Shown in pieces: positions 52,866 to 64,000 of a DNA stretch of 64,000 bases. Position numbers and translations under genes: made by a program. The notes beneath the pieces were generated by a model that saw only the letters and a program-made list of their open reading frames with translations, ran no database searches and had not been told where the DNA came from. Within the stretch, counting starts at the first letter, position 1. Each line of letters starts with the position of its first letter. Origin of the DNA: Haliotis rufescens (taxonomy: Eukaryota); contig NW_025964001.1 in the NCBI RefSeq assembly GCF_023055435.1, positions 34,534,001-34,598,000 on the forward strand, in the 5' to 3' direction.

Positions 52866-53110
52866 AGATCCTGGATAGAATGGGTCTTCAGCAACCCATG
52901 CTTGCCGTAAAAAAACAACTATGGATGTCTGAAGAGGCGACTAACGGGGCTCGCTGACTTCGATAGTGCATTTCATCGTATCCCAATTGCGTGGATCGAT
53001 GCTTATGATGTAAATCACTGGATTGCGTGGTCCAGACTCGATTATTTACAGACCGCCGTCATATAGCTGGAATATTGCTGAGTATGGCGTTAAACAACAA
53101 CAAACAAACT
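52866..53110 (+). mobile_element. family B retroposon (diverged)
   Basis: Head, body and tail match. Confidence 0.88.
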
Positions 53111-53567
53111 TTAACGTGTAAGCATTCAAGACTTGTTTATTGTTCGTATTTGAAAATTCTTTTCTTATCTTATTCCCTCTTTTCGACAGAACTGAACGCG
53201 AGATTTGCGTGTCATCTCTGCATCGCCCGCTGTTATATACACAGCTTGTGTGTGTGTAACAGAAACAACAATTGTTTTGTTTTTCTGAAATTCCTTACAA
53301 CTAGTTTATCAAAAGTGTTTTCCTCTACTTCTTTCTAATTTCGAAACATTGTTCACATATTTAATACAATGTGAACACACAACGTCGAGATACTGGCTTG
53401 TTCTATCTGAAACTTCCATCTTCAAAGCAAGCCTCTGTGAATTATATTTACTGAAGGAAAGTGGACAAAAAATGTGTTAAAATTTAATACTGCCTCTTAC
53501 AAATAGCTTCAAGGGCAAAGGCGATTCTTGGATCATCGTAAAAAATACATGTAATGTATGTATATTT

Positions 53568-54074
53568 CAATCTCATTAAAATCAGATTTTAGTTCTCGCT
53601 ATCGCTAAACAAAGATCTGAGGACATCCCATTAAGGGTCACGTCAGAACGACCTTTCATCCAACCAATCAGAGCGTCGCTTACCCGATAATGAAAGTGAC
53701 AGTCGGAATGTGTTTTCTAATCATGCAACCACGATATATTTAACACGGGGTAATCCGAACGACAGTTACGGGTTTTATGATTATATCCATACAATCTAGG
53801 CAATCTATAAGCCATTCCAGAATGTTCTTCTTATCAGTTTTAATTTTTTTTAAATCGAGAATACGTCAAAATATGTTTCGAACCGTAGTCGCCAGTTTGA
53901 AACTAGTGTCGTAAAGCTCGAGAAAGCTGCCTTCTGATTGGCTAATGTCGATTTCTTGTCAGTCATTTCATTGGTCGGTCAAAATTCGCGAAATGTCGTT
54001 CTGACCCGTAATGGGATGTCCTCAGATCTTTGTTTAGCGGTAGCGAGAACTAAGATCTGATTTTAATGAGATTG
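53568..54074. mobile_element. ~507-bp MITE with ~90-bp TIRs
   Basis: CAATCTCATTAAAATCAGAT..GCTAAACAAAGATCTGAGGACATCCCATTA is mirrored at 53995-54074. No clear TSD. Confidence 0.88.
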
Positions 54075-54289
54075 GTATTATTTTGGATTGAAAATTCATT
54101 AACTGGAGCTTTTAGTCTTCAACGAAGGGATGGGGTCGTTGGTGGGGAAGTGGGATGGGTTCGCCGTGGTAGTTGAGACCCCCTGTGCCCCACGGATGCG
54201 CCCATGGACGATGCACATTAAACGGTTGGTGTCGGGATTAAGGTGGTTAGATGGATTTTACAGAAGTAGAAGTCTATTTGCTGTATAAA

Positions 54290-54640
54290 TAGAGAATCTC
54301 ACCCGAGTGTCTTTTGATATTAAATATATCAACGAGTGTTGATATATTTGGTATCAAAAGACACGAGGATGAGATTTTATTTATCATCCAACATCATTCT
54401 CCCATTTTTTCAGTTTGTAGGCAGTAATAAGCAGCGTCTTAAGTGTAAAAAGTACTGCTTACAGCTTCAGTAGCAGAGCCATTAGTGATGTCATTTGATT
54501 GTGTCGTCATGTAACCAATGACGTCACAATGGTCTGCAAAGCATTGTGATGTAATTTCATTGCGGCGATATCTACAGTGTAGATATTGCTTGATCTCAAC
54601 CAAGCGATATCTCCCGTGGGAGCCAGTTTTGGACGATAAA
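54290..54640. mobile_element. second copy of the palindrome-bearing element (hairpin partly deleted)
   Basis: Colinear with 16717-17133. Confidence 0.85.
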
Positions 54641-56293
54641 TGTTAGTTATATTATCCATATAAGCGGATTAAAGCCTCGAGACGAAAACAACACTGTATC
54701 ACCCCAATCCGGCCCCACCCGTTCTACAAACACGTTGACAAGATGCAATTCGTGTCGAGCTGTTTAAAAGTTCACATCATGATGATAATAATGATTACAT
54801 TTTTATTGCCTCCCAAATGTCTACACGCAAGTTTGTGAATTTAAATAAGCGTACAAAGCTAAGTGTATGCAATTGTAATATCATAACCACGAGGTTACAA
54901 TTATCCGTCCCTTTTATTGATGTTACCATTAAGTCGAGCCAGCTGCCTTGCACTTCATGCGTAAACAAAGAAACGAAGTAACTCCCGCTTCAATGAAATT
55001 GTAGCGATGTTAAGATTATGAAACATGATATTGTTTGCATACGGCGCTTAACCCATGACCTTTGTGTGTTCTTGCAAAAAGCATTAGCTTGATGCTGTTT
55101 AATTGTCATCAGCTACACAGAGTGTGCTGGGGTACTGCGTCAAAAGACATATGTTCTCGACATGCGTTGTAACAAACTTGTTTTCTTCAGGTTTATTTTC
55201 GAAGTCTCGACATTCGAGTTTTCTCAAATGGCTCAAGTGTGGCTCAAATGACGCGCCGACATATCGACATCACATGCTTGTCAGGGATATCGTTCTACAG
55301 CTATAAAAACCAGAACGTCTTCAAGATGTTGTGCTTGACTGAGTTGAGCCAGCACTCTGCGATAGAGGCGTTTGAAGTGCGCCTTTCACCTTTTGTATAT
55401 TTGAGATTGTAGGTTCGAACTAATTTCTCTTATGCTGTTTACTTTAACGTCGCTTTCGATAATATTCAAGCTCCACCAGTGAGCATGATGAAAGCATGGA
55501 AATTAATAAATGTTTAGTGACGTGTCGTATATCCTTGGGACAGCCGGGCGTTAAAACAAATATTTTTGAAATTAGGGTCGTATCGGAAGTAACCAGATGA
55601 ATCCCTTAATAAAGATCAAATTACCAGTTCTAGTAAGCAGTCACAGAGGTAATACCCTAACGATCTCACAAATCATTGGGACTTTGGGAAACGTTCTGCG
55701 CACACTTCGGCCAGCTTGAATGTATGCGCTAGATTCTTGTTTCCAAACTTTGTCCCATTTCCCCCTGGCCTTTCATTGTCTGTATTGAAATTACTGCTCA
55801 GGGTCTTCTCTTTCCGCAGATACCATACCTTTAGGGGTTTTAGACATATTGGCCTTGAAGTGTAAGAATAACTTTGAAAAATCACCGAAAATTTAGATTT
55901 AACGAACATCCTTCAAACGGCTAAAAAGTCATTAGTTTGGTAGTTTTGATTCATTTTAGGGATACTCTCGAATGCACGTGTGTCAGAGATTTCCATATAT
56001 CTTTAACACATGGTATGGTTTCCAAAGAGGTCACGTGACCAGCCTCCAATGCATTATGGTCGGAAATTACGATTAAACCCGGTATAAACCCCCAGCCTTA
56101 GGCGAATAGACATTCAGCTTTAATTCTTTAGGAACATATACAATCCTTCATCCCGAGATTTATGTAGGTTATTTTAAAATTACTCATTGTCATTTTAAGA
56201 AAGGAACGGAAGAAACAGGCACGATATGTCATCCCTAAAACGACACCATTGTCCACGTAAGCAGAAACCATTGCTGACGTAATACAAGCTCAA

Positions 56294-56678
56294 TGTTTGA
56301 CGTTATGCATGTAGCATGTATGACGTTATGCATGGAGCATGCTTGACGTTATGCATGTAGCATGTTTGACGTTATGCATGTAGCATGTTTGACGTTATGC
56401 ATGTAGCATGTTTGACGTTATGCATGTAGCATGTATGACGTTATGCATGTAGCATGTTTGACGTTATGCATGTAGCATGTTTGACGTTATGCATGTAGCA
56501 TGTTTGGCGTTACGCATGTAGCATGTATCACGTTATGCATGTAGCATGTTTGACGTTATGCATGTAGCATGTATGACGTTATGCATGTAGCATGTTTGAC
56601 GTTATGCAGGTAGCATGTTTGACGTTATGCCGGTAGCATGTTTGACGTTATGCATGTAGCATGTTTGACGTAATGCAG
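56294..56678. repeat. 23-bp minisatellite (TGTTTGACGTTATGCATGTAGCA), ~17 units
   Basis: Direct tandem repeat. Confidence 0.95.
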
Positions 56679-57172
56679 ACACCTTTGATTCTGTAATGCA
56701 GTCATCATTGTTGGCGTAAGCAGGCACCGTTGTTGATGAAACACATTGTCATAATGAAGTAAATAACTTAGTATTCTCTTTTTAGTGGTGACTCTAAATT
56801 AGTTCATCCAAAAGAGTATATTTTCTGACATTTGTTCTTAAATAATCAACTTCTAAATCACCTACAAAGTCCATGTGCGTGTAAGTACGAACCATTCACG
56901 TGAAACATTCAATATCCTCTTTATTTAAGGAACGGAATGACACAAACAATCACCATTTAGTTTAAACATCCAGGCGATAAATACGTCATACTGCACGAAG
57001 TGGACGACTTAAGGTGAGATACACAAAACAGATATTTCGCTCTCATTCTGCGTCAATTATCCAACGAGTAATCAATCAATATATTATGGCCTAGAAATCA
57101 ACATCCTCTACCCATATCCAACAATATCTTCCCATACTCTATCGTCTACCTTCCCATTCTCCTCCCGTCTCT

Positions 57173-57445
57173 GACTCGTGTGAGCCGGGGTAGAATAGCT
57201 CTTCAGCAACCCATGCTTGCCGCAAAAGGCGACTATGCTTGTCGTAAAAGGCGTCTAACGGGATCGGGTTGTCAGGCTCGCTGACTTGGTTGATGCATGT
57301 CATCGATCCCAATTGTGTGGATCGATGCTCATGATATCAATCACTGGATTGTCTGGTCAAGTCTCGATTATTTACAGACCGCCGTCATATAGCTGGAATA
57401 TTGCTGAGTGCGGCGTAAACCAACCAACCAACCAACCAACCAACC
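57173..57445 (+). mobile_element. family B retroposon, full length, (CAAC)n tail
   Basis: TSD CTCCCGTCTCT on both sides. Confidence 0.92.
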
Positions 57446-57610
57446 AGTCTCCCGTCTCTACGCATCCTCTACCCATCTCCATCCATCTACCCATCTCTAC
57501 CCATTTACTATTTATCCTCTACCCATGTCACCCATACCCTATCCATCACATCCATCCCCTGCTTATCGTCTACCCAATTCTTCAACCACCCGCAATCCAT
57601 TATCCACCCC

Positions 57611-57815
57611 GACCCGTGAAGACCCGGTCTTCAACAACCCATACTTGCTGTAAAAGGCGACTATGCTTGTCGTAAGAGGCAACTAACGGGATCGGGTGGT
57701 CAGGCTCGCTGACTTGGTTGATGCATGTTATTGTATGCCAGATTCGATTATTTACAGACCGCCGTCATATAGCTGAGTATTGCTGAGTGCGGCGTTACAC
57801 AACAAACAAACAAAC
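57611..57815 (+). mobile_element. family B retroposon with internal deletions
   Basis: TSD CATTATCCACCC, starts GACCCGTGAAGA. Confidence 0.9.
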
Positions 57816-57829
57816 ATTATCCACCCGTC

Positions 57830-59460
57830 TTTAACCACCTCATCCCTACCCTTTTGCCAACAATCCTATCCCCATCTTATCCCGTTTCTTTTCATCTCGC
57901 CCATTTTGTACCCATCTCTTTCCATTTCGTTCTCATCAACTACCAACTTTTACCATCCTCCACACGTCTCTGGTTTCTCTATCTATCACTTCCCATGCTC
58001 TTGTCATTCCCGTTCTGTGCCTATCTTTACCTGTTCTACACCCATCTCTTCCCATTCTCATGTCATTCCCATTCTCTGCCTGTCTTTACCAATTCTACAC
58101 CCATCTCTTCCCATTCTCTCGTCATTCCCGTTCTCTGCCTTTCTTTACCAATTCTACACACATCTCTTCCCATTCTATTGTCATTCCCGTTCTTCGCCTA
58201 TCTTTACCTATTCTACACCCATCTCTTCCAATCCTGTAGTCATTCCCGTTCTCTGCCTGTATTCTGACCCATTCTACACCCATCTCTTCCCCTTCTCTTT
58301 TCATTCTCTGCCTGTCGCCACCGATCTCTGCTCACCTCTTCCCATTCTCTCCCTGTCGCCACCCATAATCTACTCATTCTCCTCAATCTATCTACCCATT
58401 TTTTTCCATAATCTACCCATTCTAGCCATTCTCTACCAATTTCTTCCCATCTCTCTCTAAACATCTCTTTCCATTCTCTGACCATCTCTTCCCATTCTCT
58501 ATATAACTATTTGTACCCTCTATCCATGTCTTCCCATCCACTACACATCTCTTCCTGTTCTCTATCCAACCTCTACCTATCTACTTCTATCTCTGTCCAT
58601 CTCTACCCACATTCTACCCATCTCTTCCTGTTCTCTTTCCAACCTCTACCCATCTCTTCCCAACCTCTACCCATCTCTTCTCCATTCTCTACCCATCTCT
58701 TCCTGTTCATTATCCAACCTCTACCCATCTCTTCCCATCTCCTCCCCATCTATTCCTGTTCTCTATTCAACCTCTACCAATCACTTTCCATCTCTTCTCA
58801 TCTCCTCGCCCATCTCTTCCTGTTCTTTATCCAACCTCTATCCATCTCTTCCCATCTTCTCCCCATCCATTCCTGTTCTGTATCCAACCTCTACCCATCT
58901 CTTCCCATCTTCTAACCATCTCTTCCTGTTCTCTATTCAACCTCTACCAATCACTTTCCATCTCTTCTCATCTCCTCGCCCATCCCTTCCTGTTCTTTAT
59001 CCAACCTCTATCCATCTCTTCCCATCTTCTCCCCATCCATTCCTGTTCTGTATCCAACCTCTACCCATCTCTTCCCATCTTCTAACCATCTCTTCCTGTT
59101 CTCTATTCAACCTCTACCAATCACTTTCCATCTCTTCTCATCTCCTCGCCCATCTCTTCCTGTTCTGTTTCCAACCTCTACCCATCTCTTCCCATTTTCT
59201 ATCCATCTCTTCCCATCCTCTACCCATCTCTTCCTGTTCTTTATACAACCTCTATCCATCTCTACCCGTCCTCTCAACCCCTCTCTTTCTCTTCTCTTTT
59301 CATCATCTACCCTTTTCTTCCCATAATCCCCAAACCTCTACCCATGTCTCATCCAAATTTCTACTTATCTGTTCCCATCCTATACCGCTTTCTCCACATT
59401 ACTAGTATCTTCCACCCTCTACCCATCTGTTCTACCTATCCTGTGCCTACCCTTTACCCA
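57830..59460. repeat. pyrimidine-rich degenerate tandem repeats (CTCTACCCATCTCTTCC motifs)
   Basis: Strong strand asymmetry and internal duplications. Confidence 0.9.
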
Positions 59461-61199
59461 CCCGCGCGTGCAAGGTATAATTGTGTTAAGTAAACGGACC
59501 ACGCCGACATTCAGCTTTCAGCAACCGTGTTTAGTGATGCTCGTAATGCGATTCCTACTAAAGAGAATATTATGTCTCTACTTTTTGCTGTGGCCGCCCT
59601 TTTCATGCCACTATACATAAAAGCAAAAATATTTAAGTTATGAAAGTTTGATATACAGGCGCTAAACCTCTAAGTATCAAATTGAAAAGAAGTAGTTGTG
59701 ACTATAAATAAGACGTCATGTGACTATAATAAGCTAGCCAGTGTTGTTACCTCTGCGATGCAGACAATTATTTCGCGCAGTACTGAGACAGGATGGGAAA
59801 GGACAAGGGGTCACAATAACGCCAAATCAGCAGATTACAATATTGACGCAAGCTTATTTCACAAGAAAAGATGACTTTTCCAGATTACAACGATATTTAT
59901 AGAAAAAAAACCCATTGAGGGTTAAAATATGTTTGTTCAAAAATAAGTTTTCACATCGCATTCTAATAACGTGTTTGACCCAAATCAATACAGTCCTTGA
60001 TTTAACGTAGCCAGTGCACACACAGTGCCTCCTACAGGTTTAAACTTGACATAGAAATTCTATCACTATATAATTCCGAGTGTCCACTTTCGGCGGACAG
60101 TAAAAACAAAGAACGAATATATGTTACATGCTTGGGGTGAGGGTTGAGGAGGTGGAGAAGGCTGACTTTATTAACGGCAGGGAGTAAGCATGAACTTTTC
60201 GGAATCACTGACACATATTTATATAGGTGGCTGTTTACGTTCAATGCTCTCTAGAAATCACTGACGGTAAACACGCGATCCTTACGCCAGCGTTCAGTGT
60301 GATACCTTTGTAATTAGAAAACAGCACTTTGTAATCAGCAACCAGTGACCCCTATGACGTCATACGTCGTAGATGTAAGTCGTAAAAATGTGTAACCCAA
60401 TACACATTCCTGAGATGGATATAATGATGAAATATCCCGGAGGCCATTATTATAATTAGTTCGAGCAGAGTTATCTCTTCTTGACATGCCCCTAACTCAT
60501 CTTTGCACACGGCACCTCCCCGAATCTTTGCAACATTGAGGAAATGGAAAAGTTGATTGAAAGAAATGAACAAACAATTGTTGATTATTCAACACAAAAT
60601 ACCCAGTCGTTACAAAAAACATCGTTAGAAATGACATAGAAGCCATTAAGGGGAATAATTAAATTCCTTGAAGATGCGGCAATTTGTTTTCTTTTCTCGT
60701 GTTCTTCTGTGAAAGTAAAATTGCATATTAGCTAATTTACGCCACTCCAACCGTTGCGCATGCTCAGTGACGGGTACACTGACGTGTAGAGAGGAAAGTG
60801 TGACGTCAGCATACAGCGTTACATCGCGGTCTAACGAGGAGCAATATACGCTGATTAAAGTGATGACTTCTAGACGAAGCAGTGTCACACCCACTTTGTT
60901 GAGAAGGAGGAATGTGTACACAGATATGCACACCTGTGTTTGTTTGCTCTATCGATCAGCTGACTCGCAGTATGTGGGTTACCGTGATCAATACAAGGCT
61001 ACAACAGTTGTGGGATGGTGTGGACGCCTCGCAGATTAACTGTTCACTCGTCACCCCGAAGGCGTCAATCACTGGATTGTCTGACAGTCTCGATCATTTA
61101 GGTGGAATATTGCGGCGTTAATCAACAAAGAGCCAAAAAAACCCAAAACAACAACAATTGTTTGAGATATAGCGAAACCCCGTTCACAGATAAATCCAG

Positions 61200-61306
61200 G
61201 GTGCCGTTGTACAAAGCGATCTCAGCGCTAAGGTGATCGTAACTCTCATACCTTAACATAGACTTACGGCAGTCGTAGCGTTAAGGTTGTTTTGTACAAC
61301 GGCACC
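61200..61306. mobile_element. 107-bp CWG-TSD MITE (GGTGCC TIR variant)
   Basis: TIR GGTGCCGTTGTACAAA/TTTGTACAACGGCACC with CAG TSD. Confidence 0.92.
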
Positions 61307-61701
61307 CAGATTTACGAACCACGACTACGGCGTCGTTAGATGTGTCACGATTAACTGAACTATCGATGCATTGCAATCATCTATGGTTCGATGGTAATAT
61401 ATCGGTAACAAGATTAAAAATCGGTAGCAAACATCGATACCGCCCTACGTATACACATTGATAGTATCGGTACGCACAAATGGGAAATTTGTTATCGTTC
61501 GTGCCAATTCTAAATACACTAAATAATCGTTTATAACATTATGTGGGTAATAATCAGGGACACTTCCAACTACTGCAGACGAACGTATCATTCTATGGAA
61601 AGGGATTAGACTCTGACACTCAGCGAAGAATCCTTTTTAAATGTTTCTTTTGTTTACAAAAAAAGATATATTGATGCCGTGGACTGTAAAGCACCTTCTG
61701 T

Positions 61702-61705
<4 letters not shown>

Positions 61706-61771
<66 letters not shown>
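61706..61771. repeat. (CT)n microsatellite
   Basis: Direct observation. Confidence 0.95.
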
Positions 61772-61775
<4 letters not shown>

Positions 61776-63882
61776 TGCAAACATCTACTTTTCAAGTGGA
61801 ACGATTATTCTCTTCTGACAAACATGTTATTCAGAACATTCACTATTACAATATATTTCGTAAAGTGACACATAGGTTTGGTTTCGAACAGAACAGGAGA
61901 GGCTTACACTGACGTGTGAATCAACTTCCGAACAATAGATGTCTAACCACATTGCTATGTACCTTCCCAATGGTGACATGTCTGGCGATCATGACTTCAT
62001 TTGGATAGTTCGTTTCGATGGTGCATTCCTCTCAGCCAAGATGATGAACGAACAGAAACATTAACCTGATTATTAATCCTTCTGTATCATTCCTAGCACA
62101 CACGAATCCATTTATACTCACAATCACTATAACAGTTACTTTGATTAACAAATCATTAGGGTCGTCATTACACACACCTATCATTAGTCATTAGGGTAGC
62201 ATCACAACCTTGGAGTAGTAATGCGCCCGAGTCATTTCTGGGCCAGGTTAAATAACCGGTAATCAACACCATCCCATTCGTCTGAACAAATTGACCTAGT
62301 TGTTGCAACTGAATCTGCCAAATTACCGCATCCACAGTTCATTCGGTCTTCTCGACTTATAAACACTCTAAACTTGGCTTCTGTCTACAGATGCGTTGAG
62401 TGCCGTCTGCGCATTCAAGAAAAGGAACCAGTTAATCAACAGACGTGCATTGATACTACTTTCCCAACTACAAGTAACATATGGCTGGTTCATAGTGCAC
62501 GTGGGGTGAAGGTTTAGTGCTGCAAGTGTCAGAGGTGGGTATGTTTGATAAGTGCTAAAGCATAATTCACGGTGGGAAGATAATCTCACTGCAAGGCGTT
62601 GAATATAGAAACATCTAAGAATGTATCTTGAAAAAGAGCAGTGTAAATGTGTTTCTATTTGTTAGGGGTCATTTGACCATTTGATATTCTAAACTATATT
62701 GTCCCCGAAAATTCGTGAAAAAAATAAACATATTGTTGGAATTTTTTTTGTCTGCCACAAAAAATACATTATCGCAATGTGCTTTTTAGAAAAATAATAA
62801 TTTTGGCTTATGGATTTAATTTTAAAAATACCTGGTTTTGCAGCTGTAGCTGAAAAAATATCTGTTCCCAATAAAAAATCACAGACGCCAGAATATAATC
62901 TTGGTCAGACGTGAAGACTATATATGTAGTTAGCCATGACATAAGACTCAAATATTGTTAATTGCCGCAATAAACAACATTCATTCATTCATTCATTCAC
63001 TTACGCAAACGCCCAATCATCCACCCACCCACCCACTTAAATAGGGCCCGATGATACACTAAAACAACCAGACCAAATGAAAGATGTGGTTACTGAGTCA
63101 TGCCCTCTTTATATCGAATCGCCATTAACGTAGGATTTAGGCACTTTGCTCGTCTGTCCCGGAAGGGCCATTGCGTTGTGTACAATTTGAGGAGATGAAC
63201 ATATTGGAGCCTGTCCCAGAGGAGTCAATAAATATCGGTATGGAGGTACCTTCTGTAGACTGTATCATCAACCAGTTCCTTAATAGTTGGCAAAGTAAAC
63301 ACTGATCGTCGCGACATGAAAATAATTTTGCTTACATTGTGTACATAAGAAATGTCAACGGAAGTAAAAGAAATTATCATTCATTCGCGCTCTTAACATC
63401 TGTTTGCGAGCATCTGCATGCATAGTGTGGACCAGACAGCTTGCTTGTTGGCAGCACATCCCCGCAGGTTGGCTCACACTAGTGTAGGCAAGGGGATTAT
63501 ACAGCTTGGTTTTGCCTTCTTTACCTTAAGTCTCATTCTCATCTCCGACTTATTTACTAACAATGATTAGTCATTTCCCCCTAAACTAAACGGGATATCT
63601 TACCATAGCAATGGGATTGAAATACGATTTATGCCTTGGCTATACCCCCCCCCCCCCCCCCAAACACACACACACCTCCCTCCCGCTTCCATCGGATATA
63701 GCAAGGTACCTCATCTTGTTCCTCGTTCGGGCCAGGTTAAAAGGCCTTCAATTTGGATGTTCCCAGGTTCATCTTCTTCCTCTTGGATATAGTCAGATTT
63801 TCCTATCTTCCCATGGTTAAATCAAAGTTAGCATGCCTTCCCTCGGATATATTAGGTTCGCTGTTATTTCCCTCAGTTTTAG

Positions 63883-63914
63883 CAGAGACCATATAATCTA
63901 TTATATGGTCTCTG
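63883..63914. mobile_element. 32-bp TIR-only micro-element with 7-bp TSD
   Basis: CAGAGACCATATAAT-CT-ATTATATGGTCTCTG flanked by GTTTTAG on both sides. Confidence 0.8.
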
Positions 63915-64000
63915 GTTTTAGCTAGGTTCGCCCTTCTTACCCTCGGAAAACGCCAGATTTATTCATATTATTTGGACACAGCTAGGTTCAGTCTTCGTCC

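Noticed and set aside
57780-58915. Pro/Ser/Leu-rich ORFs
   Set aside because: Stop-poor pyrimidine-rich repeat, beginning inside a SINE tail.

Overview
This is eukaryotic, AT-rich, repeat-dominated DNA. The SINE repertoire resembles gastropod/abalone-type mollusc genomes, which is an inference. There are no prokaryotic genes, rRNA, bona fide tRNA genes or CRISPR arrays, and nearly all ORFs in the track are spurious or read through tandem repeats. Mobile content: a decayed Tc1 (DD34E) transposon inserted at a TA inside a 5'-truncated RLE-type (R4/Dong-like) non-LTR element in a (TAA)n tract; a second Dong-like fragment; a decayed APE-type LINE; a LINE 3' fragment with a 17-bp TSD; and a probable BEL/Pao gag relic. 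There are four SINE-like families sharing one 3' tail, several MITE families and many mini/microsatellites. One weak candidate host exon lies at 5634-5729 (minus). The most interesting observations are: (i) an abundant retroposon family with a precise, non-tRNA, pseudoknot-forming 5' head, a candidate ribozyme or structured RNA; (ii) a ~56 x 57-bp minisatellite built from a SINE tRNA A-box head; (iii) a cluster of p53-type half-sites; (iv) an 18-bp repeat whose variation looks codon-constrained (QSQPA[IVL]); and (v) minimal 32-bp and 67-bp TIR insertions.
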